Source: Schmidtea polychroa
Lineage: Eukaryota
Direction: 5' to 3'
Assembly: GCA_044892525.1 (NCBI GenBank)
Contig: CM097885.1
Span: forward strand, 33,358,001-33,422,000
DNA: 64,000 bases
In this document: one piece after another, positions 1 to 8,919 of the stretch
Position numbering within the stretch: position 1 is the first letter of the stretch
How the letters are laid out: each line of letters begins with the position of its first letter
The notes under the pieces: model-generated
The model's input: the letters and a program-made list of their open reading frames with translations, nothing else
What the model was told of the DNA's origin: nothing
Database searches by the model: none
Made by a program: the position numbers and the translations under genes

Positions 1-39
1 TGGTGTAAATAATGTTATATTCTATTATAAACCTTTCAC

Positions 40-388
40 TTGCTTGCTTGCGTTGATCAGTTTGGATGCCGCCTTTATTTATAATATAGGTTTTCAGTAT
101 TTGACATTTTTTTAGATTAATTCTTAGTTTATCTTCTGCAATTTTCTGCAATATTCTTTCCAACAGTTGGTAGTGTTCTTCCATCGTGTTCGTAAAAATT
201 GATATATCGTCCAAATAAACCATTACCTGGTCTTTCCACAAATCCTTTAATATCTTCTCCATAAGCTCTGGAAACGTGCCTGGTGCTGCTGTGATGCCAA
301 CCGGCATTCGGTTGAAACAGAATTGTCCTTATTTCGTTGAAAAACTGTTTTCACCTGTGATTCTCTATTCAATCTTACCTGATAGTAT
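40..388 (-). pseudogene. Ty3/Gypsy reverse transcriptase fragment, interrupted at 388 by the LTR insertion
   Basis: Minus strand reads YYQVRLNRESQVKT..GQFCFNRMPVGITAAPGTFPELMEKILKDLWKDQVMVYLDDISIFTNTMEEHYQLLERILQKIAEDKLRINLKKCQ, with lesions. Contains YLDD and other Gypsy RT motifs. Confidence 0.9.
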
Positions 389-1448
389 TGTTGAGGTCCG
401 TAAATTAAAATAAATTTAAATGAAATTTAGGTTAATAATTTAAATAAAAAGTAAGTGAAGAAAAAAGACAAATAAAATCGTGATCATGTACAGAATTGAT
501 AGCAAAGGAAAGTACGATGGAAGCAGTATTAGAAAATGCCAAAAGCAATTACGAAAGGCAAGAATCCGGAAATCCGAGAAAAATCAATAAATTGTAAAAT
601 CATCGAAATCGAATTGGAAAAACGGGACAGGTATAGAGTAGCTAATGGTCAACAAGATGATGGTTTGGGATTTATCAGAAAATTGTTAGGACGGGTCGAA
701 AAGCATTCAAATGTGTAAAAACAGAAAACGTTAATTAATTAATTAATTGGCTAATAGAAAACCCGAGATAATGGGAAACCCGAGCCAATGGAGAACCCGA
801 GAGATAAAGGAAACCCGAGCTGGGTAAACAAGAAGAAAAGCAAACAGAAGGAAGATTTGGGCCCATTAGCTTGACACAATGATTAATGGGAAAAGAGCAA
901 GGAGAAGAAAGCGCGTAGGAAGACCGGAAGGGCCATTAATTATCTGGATTCGTTGAACCATTATGGGTGACAGCCGAAGCAAATACGTAGGAGCAAATGT
1001 CAAATGAAAGATTGGCTCGGCAATAACCATTTGTCATCCTGATTTCGAGGAGTATATAAGGAAAGGGAAAATCAGAGAAAATCGGCATTCTGCCTCAGCT
1101 AAGGTTGGAAGAAACAAAGCTTAGGAAAAGGCGAAAACGAATTAGGGAAAGTTGGGAAAAGAAGAAATAGAATTAGGAATACGGAAAGGTGAAAAAGGAA
1201 TCAAATCAAACAGAAACCGAGGAAAACGTGAGTCAAGAGAATCTAAAGGAATAAAAGGTGAATATTATCTATTTGCAAAGCATCAACGCCGAGCGGAGAA
1301 TCGTATAAAACTTTGATTAGTAATTGTAAAGTGGTGATAATAAATTGTGAACCTGTTGTTTCAATATACGTTGGGTCGTTCATTGTTTTGATTTAAAGAA
1401 CACTAGGAAGTCAGAGGGAACCGACTTGAAGTAATCCGAAACCCAACA
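389..1448 (+). repeat. 5' LTR (~1060 bp)
   Basis: Starts TGTTGAGG and ends ACCCAACA (short terminal inverted repeat). TATATAA at 1053 and AATAAA at 1339. PBS follows 7 bp later. The start coincides with the break in the older RT. Shares blocks with the LTR at ~11581-12572. Confidence 0.85.
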
Positions 1449-1455
1449 TATATTC

Positions 1456-1473
1456 TGGTGAGCCCGACGTGAT
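1456..1473 (+). promoter_or_regulatory. Primer-binding site, tRNA-Trp-like
   Basis: TGGTGAGCCCGACGTGAT differs at one position from the classic tRNA-Trp PBS TGGTGACCCCGACGTGAT and lies directly after the LTR. Confidence 0.85.
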
Positions 1474-1735
1474 TGCAAGTCGGCGGAAAATTATTGAAAG
1501 TTAGTGAAAAAAAATAATTATTGAAAAATAGTACCGACGTGATTAAAAGTCGGAGGAAAATTATTGAAAGCTAGTGAAAAAGAAATTATTAAAAAATTAG
1601 TACCGACGTGATTGAAAGTCGGCGGTGTATTAAAAGCTAGTTAATTATTGGAAAAGTACTACAGACGTGAGTGAAAGTCGGCTGAGAATCATTGAAAGTG
1701 GTGAAAATTTGTGAAAATAGTGCTAACGAGATTAT
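1463..1735 (+). repeat. Leader tandem repeat (~65-70 bp, ~4 copies), each with a CCGAC...GTCGG hairpin
   Basis: CCGACGTGATTG(C/A)AAGTCGG-like units at ~1464, 1534, 1603 and 1663, separated by A-rich spacers. Confidence 0.8.
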
Positions 1736-1793
1736 TAAAGGTTATTATTGGGAGATTTTAAATTATTGTTTAACATTTGAAGTTTAGCTCAAA

Positions 1794-2015
1794 GTGAACC
1801 GATACAACCTCAGAAGTCAAAAACAAGTCCAAATGGCAAATGACAATGCTGTTATGCCTCGCAACAGAGAGATGATTGATTTCGCAAGTTGTCAGAAATT
1901 ACCCGTCAATCAATATGGAGGAGACCCTGTTGAATTTGCAGATTTCATGGGAGATTATTATATGTATGCCTCAGCATACGGATGGCACTCACTAACCCAA
2001 AGTGAACTAAAGTGA
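1794..2015 (+). CDS. Gag N-terminal fragment of the LTR element
   Basis: LPVNQYGGDPVEFADFMGDYYMYASAYGW resembles the Ty3/Gypsy Gag N-terminal F/YxG...F...F...A....W pattern. First ORF after the PBS. Confidence 0.55.
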   Translation: MNRYNLRSQKQVQMANDNAVMPRNREMIDFASCQKLPVNQYGGDPVEFADFMGDYYMYASAYGWHSLTQSELK

Positions 2016-2075
2016 GCCATAAATTTATGTGCAAAGTTATTCAAAGGAAACAGAGACGATGAGATACTTAAACAA

Positions 2076-2519
2076 ATGCAAAAGTTTGGCAAGGCTTTAC
2101 GGTCAACAAGGGATTTAGCTGATATCATATTGGAAACGACGGGACTTGATAATGTGAAGTACCAATTCCGTGTAAATGCCTACGGGCAAATCATAGAGCT
2201 AAAGGAGCGAATACTGCGTCAATACAGTGGATGGCAAGTGCAATTAAAATTTGAGAATCGATGTCTGGAAGACGAGGAGTACTTGGTAGATTGCGGTTTG
2301 ATACCAGGCTGGAAAAATAAAGTAAATGTTGTTAATGCTGTTTATACTTTGAATTCAGACAGACAAAATTGGGAAAAGATTCTAGCAGATTTACAAGATA
2401 CCCTGTATGCAGGGAATAGGGATAAAATTAATGCGAGTATCGATTTCATAATGAGCATCGAAATGGATCGAGACATGAAAGAAGGGTTGTTTGAATGCAT
2501 CGTACCCTATACGAATTAA
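2076..2519 (+). CDS. Polyprotein segment with ubiquitin-like domain 1
   Basis: IIELKERILRQYSGWQVQLKFENRCLEDEEYLVDCGL parallels ubiquitin IENVKAKI...[22 protein letters not shown]. No di-Gly end. Confidence 0.65.
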   Translation: MQKFGKALRSTRDLADIILETTGLDNVKYQFRVNAYGQIIELKERILRQYSGWQVQLKFENRCLEDEEYLVDCGLIPGWKNKVNVVNAVYTLNSDRQNWEKILADLQDTLYAGNRDKINASIDFIMSIEMDRDMKEGLFECIVPYTN

Positions 2520-2603
2520 CCGACAAGTTATCAGACAAAGTTAAAAGAGGTAATCAGAAGACTAGGACATGATTATGAGGCGGCAGACGATAGTGCGAAG
2601 TCT

Positions 2604-4583
2604 TTGATAATAGCGTTTAATATTGCGGATCAAAGGATTGAATATTATCAGAAACATTGGAGTGTAAAAGCAAAGAAAATACGACAGAAAGCAGCGGAGA
2701 TATTAGGTAATGAAGGAATTATCGTGTTGACGTTCAAAGGACGAGAATTAGATGATGACGAATATTTGTTAAACTACGGATGTAACCCAAATTGTATTAA
2801 TAATGTGTACGCAACAAAACAAAGTGATGAAATGGAAAGAGATGCAGTAATAGTACCGTTTTGGCCTCCGTATGAGGAAACGGATAATGATAATGGTGAG
2901 ATTAAAACTGAAGTTGTAGATGACCCAGGAGAAATTGATCAAGAAATTAATGAATTGCAGAGATTAGAAACAATGGAAAATGAGGAAATGGGATCGGAAA
3001 ATGAAATTACAAGGGATATCGAGGAAATGAGCACCGATAATAGGGCACTACCGAGCATAGATGAGATGAAAAGTGAAGAGAACTTCGTTGAAACGAAAAA
3101 TAACATTGCGATATGTCGGAAAAAACAGAATGATGCGGAAACTGAATCTTTGAGTTTAGATGAATTAAGCGAGACTGAGCGAATATTAAAAAGTTTAGTT
3201 ACGGAATTGTACTTGTTAGATGAAACTGAAACAGAAGGAGATGATACTTCGGAGGGGGAGAAAAGAGTTGTAAAGAGATTGGCAACGGAATTAAAGAGGA
3301 GATTGCCGTCGATAATTAAAAGAAATTATGAAGAAAAGGAATTTTGTGAGGAAGCAGTAATTGAGGACCTAACACGAACCGAGTTGGATCGAGATGTAAT
3401 ATTGACAGTGCTAGCCTATATAATATTGGAGATTGGTATTTATGGTTGTCTGGAAGCTGACAATTCAAAATCATTGATAAAGAAAGCCACTGAAATGACA
3501 AATAAATATTTGATGAAGTGGATCGCAAACAATGGCGGATGGGAAAAGTTGATACAAAAGGCTGAGAGCCCAAAAACAGAGACAGTGAGGAAAAAGGGAA
3601 AACTCGCATTTCCATGGTTGATGATCTCTATTATTATGTTATTGGGAATAATAAACACGACGAATTCATTGGTGGCATACGACTGCTCCCAATTCAAAAT
3701 GGGGAGAGTATATTCGTTGGTAAACGTAGCAGAGTGTTCAGATGCATACCCAGTAAAATTTAAAGTGACAAATCCAGTAAAATATCTTGTATATCAAGAA
3801 TCGGGGTTTCGACGAGCAAAGGTGAGAGAGTGTACAGTGAAACGAACTACTTTTGTATTTTATTGTGGAAAATGGAGCCACTCATCGATGGTGAAAATGC
3901 AATCGATACCGAGACCGATAGAAATAATTCCAGAGAATTGTTTGGCAGCCTTTCAAACAGGACAGTTGAAAATCAATGCAGATATTAAACTACAAGCAAA
4001 GCTTAACCACAAAATCCGTGAGACTGTAACCGTGCGTGGGATAATAAAGTCGAATGGAGATTGCCAAGGAGAGCCATACAAAGTAGACGATGCTATAATT
4101 GACAAAGCCGTGGTTGTGGAAGAGTACATGTTAGAATTAAGAGAATTTGATGGATCATTTGATGATGATACTGGTAAACTACAAACACATCCATTCTGCA
4201 ACATGAAACAATCTAGCTGTCAGACAGGAGAATCAATCTTGGTGTATGATGTCGATACCAAAAGGTGCAATTTAGTGCAATTGAAGTCAATGAGTTTTAA
4301 AGAAATAACGGGAGAACAGATCAGGGAAAAGCCTGAGAAGATAAGAATGGATCCAGCAACGAGTACAACAACAAGAATCACACCTCTACGGATGAAAGAT
4401 ACTCCAACAGTGTTAATGTCAACCTCGACAGAAGATGGGATGCGATTCCTGAGAAAAGAAACTAAAACAAAGTGTGGACAAAATGTCTATGAGACAAATT
4501 ATAAAGGTATATATGTATCTCAGAAGGTGATTACAGAGGCCCAAACAAACATACATGCCGGAGATATTAAGTTGACAAATTAA
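2604..4583 (+). CDS. Polyprotein segment: UBL2, acidic linker, Bcl-2-like domain, TM/signal peptide, N-terminal half of class III-like envelope glycoprotein
   Basis: UBL motif LTFKGRELDDDEYLLNYG (2604-2820). BH2-like WIANNGGWEKL (3519-3551). Hydrophobic PWLMISIIMLLGII, then LVAYDC (3669) and a Cys-rich ectodomain of chuvirus/gB-like type. Confidence 0.8.
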   Translation: MIIAFNIADQRIEYYQKHWSVKAKKIRQKAAEILGNEGIIVLTFKGRELDDDEYLLNYGCNPNCINNVYATKQSDEMERDAVIVPFWPPYEETDNDNGEIKTEVVDDPGEIDQEINELQRLETMENEEMGSENEITRDIEEMSTDNRALPSIDEMKSEENFVETKNNIAICRKKQNDAETESLSLDELSETERILKSLVTELYLLDETETEGDDTSEGEKRVVKRLATELKRRLPSIIKRNYEEKEFCEEAVIEDLTRTELDRDVILTVLAYIILEIGIYGCLEADNSKSLIKKATEMTNKYLMKWIANNGGWEKLIQKAESPKTETVRKKGKLAFPWLMISIIMLLGIINTTNSLVAYDCSQFKMGRVYSLVNVAECSDAYPVKFKVTNPVKYLVYQESGFRRAKVRECTVKRTTFVFYCGKWSHSSMVKMQSIPRPIEIIPENCLAAFQTGQLKINADIKLQAKLNHKIRETVTVRGIIKSNGDCQGEPYKVDDAIIDKAVVVEEYMLELREFDGSFDDDTGKLQTHPFCNMKQSSCQTGESILVYDVDTKRCNLVQLKSMSFKEITGEQIREKPEKIRMDPATSTTTRITPLRMKDTPTVLMSTSTEDGMRFLRKETKTKCGQNVYETNYKGIYVSQKVITEAQTNIHAGDIKLTN

Positions 4584-4637
4584 TTTAATAACAAAATAGA
4601 TTATTTATTTCACTTTGGTCAAAATACCGTTGAAAAT

Positions 4638-6503
4638 GTGTACCGAGAAGTTATTATAAATGATTGCAATCTCAACAAAGAAATACTCCGAAATCGGATG
4701 GCAATGGCTATAACCAATCCTAATTTAGTAGCACCAATGTTAATTACAGAAAATGGGGTGTTTGCCAGAATTTTCGGTGAAGCACTATATAGCTATAAAT
4801 GTAAAGCGGTACCAGTCGAACTGACAAAGTACGACCAATGCACCAACGAGTTGCCAGTAAATTTAAATGGAAAGTTGCGATTTATGGAGCCTGTAACACG
4901 AATCTTACTGGAAGAGGACGTGAAACCGAAAGTATTACAGTGCAATAGATTGTTGGCACCACTATACAGACTAACACCAGAATCTTGGATTGCATTACCA
5001 GATCATCGAGAAGTAAAGACACCGGAAAATTTAGAATTGACAGAATTACAATATCTGGTAAATTTTACGTCGTTAGAAAAATTGTCGCAAAGTGGAATTT
5101 ATTCGAGCGAAGACATTAAGGAAGCTCGCAGAAACTTGTTATTTCCATCAAAGAAAGAAAGAGTAATAATGGAAATGGTAGATACAATTCTCCCAAGCGG
5201 AAGTGGGAAGGTAAATTACGAGTATTTATTAACTCCAGATCATTACAAAAAAGCGACGTATAATACAATGAAAAGGATCTGGGGAAACTTTATGTTCATT
5301 GGACAAGCGTGTGCCGGATTGATTAGAATTTATGTAATATGTGTTGTAATTAAAGTAATAATATCGCAGGTCCTATCAACACACAGGTTATACGCGATCA
5401 CAGGTTGGTCGTGGAAACTAGTAATTGGTTGCATACCATTATTGGCTAGATTCTTCATTACTCATCATCAATATCAGGAGTTGGAGATACTCAAGGCGCG
5501 AATATTAAAGAAGAAAAAGGTGAGCTACGCTAGTACAACCCCTTCAAGGGACGAGAATAATGACAATGACAACGAGGGTGATAGTGCACCGTTATATGTT
5601 GACAATCAAGAACTAAGTGGAATGAATAAAGAAGCGTTAAGAACCTATCAAATCTTAAAAGAGCCACTGTTGAATGCGAGTAGCGTAGACACGTTTACAA
5701 AATTGCGTATAACAAAATCGTTTATGCAATCAGCACCAGTTTATCCAGTTGATCGATTACGAGAAATGAAGCCAGTCGAAAATATCGCATTACAATGCGA
5801 AAGAATGGCAGGAGAGAGAGTCGAGAGAAAAAATATGCTAGGCTTACCATGCAATTACTCATTGATGACATTAACAAAAAGAGGAAAACAACCCCGAATA
5901 TTTATACAAATGAACAAACATAAAGTGGAAGCTTTGGTTGATTCGGGATCTAGTCACACAATAATATCGGAAAATGTATTAAACGCGAAGGAAAGAATGC
6001 GAATAAAGCCTACCGACGAAATAGTAAGGTCATTATCAAAAAACGAATTAAACATAATTGGACAACTTAACGTCGTATTTCATATTGGAGATCGAATAAT
6101 AGCGCACGATGCACTCATAATGAAGGGAAGTCCAGTACGATATCTGATCGGCATGGATATATTAGAGCAGCTGGACGGAATCTCACTTGATTTAAAGACA
6201 GGTAATTTGATAGCAGGAGAAACAGGAGAAATAATTCACAGGGCAGGTGAAGTGTTTGTGAATCAGACATTGACAATACCACCACAATCGGAGATGGTAT
6301 ATTGTGCAAATACCACGAGTGTGGATAATGGTGATTTTATATTCGAACCAAATCAAACACTAGTCGAAAAATATGATCTACCGATATGTGACGAAATTGT
6401 CAAAGTGGAATCAATATGGACTAAAGCCGGTTTGACAATAAAGCAAAACCAAGAGAAATATAAAGAAGCCTACGATAAAAATGCACATGCGCATGGCATA
6501 TAA
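4638..6503 (+). CDS. Polyprotein segment: envelope C-terminal half, TM helices, retropepsin protease, then post-integrase-like tail
   Basis: GEALYSYKCKAVPV..CTNELPV..FMEPVTRIL..SGIYS motifs typical of chuvirus-like glycoproteins. Hydrophobic segment ~5280-5460. ALVDSGSSHTII (DSG at 5940) and LIGMDIL mark an aspartic protease. Confidence 0.82.
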   Translation: MYREVIINDCNLNKEILRNRMAMAITNPNLVAPMLITENGVFARIFGEALYSYKCKAVPVELTKYDQCTNELPVNLNGKLRFMEPVTRILLEEDVKPKVLQCNRLLAPLYRLTPESWIALPDHREVKTPENLELTELQYLVNFTSLEKLSQSGIYSSEDIKEARRNLLFPSKKERVIMEMVDTILPSGSGKVNYEYLLTPDHYKKATYNTMKRIWGNFMFIGQACAGLIRIYVICVVIKVIISQVLSTHRLYAITGWSWKLVIGCIPLLARFFITHHQYQELEILKARILKKKKVSYASTTPSRDENNDNDNEGDSAPLYVDNQELSGMNKEALRTYQILKEPLLNASSVDTFTKLRITKSFMQSAPVYPVDRLREMKPVENIALQCERMAGERVERKNMLGLPCNYSLMTLTKRGKQPRIFIQMNKHKVEALVDSGSSHTIISENVLNAKERMRIKPTDEIVRSLSKNELNIIGQLNVVFHIGDRIIAHDALIMKGSPVRYLIGMDILEQLDGISLDLKTGNLIAGETGEIIHRAGEVFVNQTLTIPPQSEMVYCANTTSVDNGDFIFEPNQTLVEKYDLPICDEIVKVESIWTKAGLTIKQNQEKYKEAYDKNAHAHGI

Positions 6504-6519
6504 TAATAAATTTATGTCG

Positions 6520-7180
6520 GATTTGAAGAATTTTAAAACCAAGTTGGATTTAACTAATTAAATCATAATTTAAGTCTTGCTGCGAAGTATATATTTAATA
6601 AAATGAAAGAATTTTTAACTATAATAATTGCTGTTTATAATTCATATTTTCCTTTGTACATCGATTGGCTTTCTTATTGTTTTTCGTCTTTATGACATAT
6701 ACTTTCTGTGTGAAGTTTTTCTTTGCGAGACAATTTTTTTATAGAATCCATATGTTGGAGTATCTACTTCTATTTTAATTTTTAAGTCCAGTAGATTGAG
6801 GGATCCATCTTTTTCCGAAAATTCGATTTCAAACGTAATATCTCAGTGAGTAGCATTAAATATATGATATATTTATTCCGCTTCCTTTCTGATCTTGACC
6901 GTGATAAAATATCATCTACATATCTTGCGTAGAAACCGACGGATTGTATGGTTCTCGGTGTTTGTTGTTCGAGGTTGTTCGTTTGTTGTTCGGAATATTT
7001 TGTAACGAAGCTTTTAGGTAATCTGTTCTTGAAGCCCATTTCTATAAGCCTTTCCATACTTTGTTGATCTTCATTTCTTATGATATTTGGTGACAAGCGG
7101 CTAATTTTCTTGTATGTACCGATGTCGCTGAGGTGATCGTAAGCAACTTCACAGTATCGGTTTTTCTCTATTAAGCAAAA
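6520..7180 (-). mobile_element. Penelope-like element RT fragment (deleted), truncating the LTR element
   Basis: Minus strand: FCLIEKNRYCEVAYDHLSDIGTYKK, FYARYVDDILS, ITFEIEFSEKDGSLNLLDLKI. Confidence 0.75.
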
Positions 7181-7428
<248 letters not shown>

Positions 7429-8919
7429 GTTTTTAATTTAGTAAATGCATTTATACTTTTAAAATTTACTATTTCGTTATAATGTAAAAAATCGTACCGA
7501 AATCACAAATAATGTTATGTATAAATAAAAGAAAAATAAAATATCATAAAATTATCTTTTAGAAATGCATTTGGCGGATGGATAATGACTACAAAAAACT
7601 GTTTTCACCATTAAAATAATACAATGGTCATTAATTGGTTATTGTTGTTGCAGTTTATGAAATATTATAACTAATTAACTCTATATATATATTGCATACC
7701 CTTAGTGAAGAAATAATACTCCTTTCATTATAGTGGTGGGTTACAGATAACCGGACTATACCGCTCAGTGTTGTTTCCAGCGTAACCCAGAATGTTTCTT
7801 TACCAATCGATACCCGTTGAGTAATAACTTAATAACTCCGGCTCCTCATTTTTATTTTAGTGTATTCTTTTCCGTAGTTGATCCGTTAAGGACCTGAGAA
7901 CATACTTTTCCCGTCTAACATTAATATAACTAAAATCTTTATTTCCATCACCCAGCAAATTTTCTATTGAGCGCTATCCAATATAATTTGTCATCACTCC
8001 ACTTATCACCACACTACTATTTGATGCAACATTTCAACACTAATTCATTGTTTCCCTAACCCATCATTTCCTCTCCAACTATGCCTCATATTAATTCGTC
8101 AGTTCACCCAATCATACCTTATTACCTTTTCTCATCTAAACTCTATCTATCATTAACGGCCTAAATTGTTTGGTAAGTCACTTAGCTCCTTTCTATTACT
8201 AGAACTTGGCGGTCACATCTACGATTGTGTTTCGGTTGGTAATGTATATGAGATTATATTGATTAAATGTCTCTTGCTTGAGTCATTTCCGATAAGTTTA
8301 TCAGAAGATTTTGACCAAAAACGTTTAATTAAACATAGCGAGATAAAATGAAGCATATTTACTTATTCTTATTCTCCGAATCTTACACATCAAACTTGTT
8401 ATGCGTACGATAAGATGTTCTCAACTTTTCCTATCTCAGATCTGGTGGATGTACGATCGAAAGAAGTTAGATGAGAACCTTCACAAATCTTTTAACGATT
8501 ACTTTTTGAGCCCCCAATAGAAGAAAATTTGACGGAGATTCACAAATGTTTTATATATTACCCTCTTCAATTACATGATAAACTTCCAGGAATCCCTGTA
8601 TTACAGATTTTACAAATAGGTGAGTGATTAGGTGGAGATATGATTTTTTTCAGAAGAGAATTAAAATGTTTTTGTCTTTCAACGAATAGATATCATTATC
8701 ATAGTCATAATAGGGAATCATTCACCAAATCATTGATTGCTTGCCTTTAACTTGTTAGCCTTCCTATGATATTTCCCGTCACCTTACTCGACTCTTTGGT
8801 CGAAGTTATGAGATAATTTGGTAGAACACTGTATGATAGTGCTTGAAATAAAATAATTCTCCAAAGAAGGGTGGATTAATTATTACTAGTTCATTTTTCG
8901 ATAATGGGCATCGACTACT

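Larger units (their letters stand above)
389..6503 (+). mobile_element. Envelope-carrying LTR retroelement (Ty3/Gypsy-like), internally deleted and 3'-truncated
   Basis: 5' LTR, PBS, leader repeats and one in-frame polyprotein with gag stub, UBLs, Bcl-2-like domain, envelope and protease. No cognate 3' LTR seen. Confidence 0.88.
1833..6503 (+). pseudogene. Single polyprotein Gag stub-UBL-UBL-Bcl2-Env-protease, broken by three in-frame stops (2013, 2517, 4581)
   Basis: ORFs 1794, 2076, 2604 and 4638 share one frame. The sequence between them translates openly (AINLCAKLFKG..., PTSYQTKLKE..., FNNKIDYLFHFGQ...). ATG at 1833. Confidence 0.85.

Noticed and set aside
1463..1735. CRISPR-like repeat-spacer array
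   Set aside because: The spacers are similar to one another, the context is a eukaryotic retroelement leader, and there are no cas genes.
3316..4204. Antisense ORFs within the polyprotein
   Set aside because: Shadow ORFs of the plus-strand coding sequence.
4581..4583. Programmed stop-codon readthrough at the in-frame stops
   Set aside because: The stops look like point mutations (CGA>TGA; TAT/TAC>TAA inside a conserved glycoprotein motif). Simple decay is more parsimonious without other copies.
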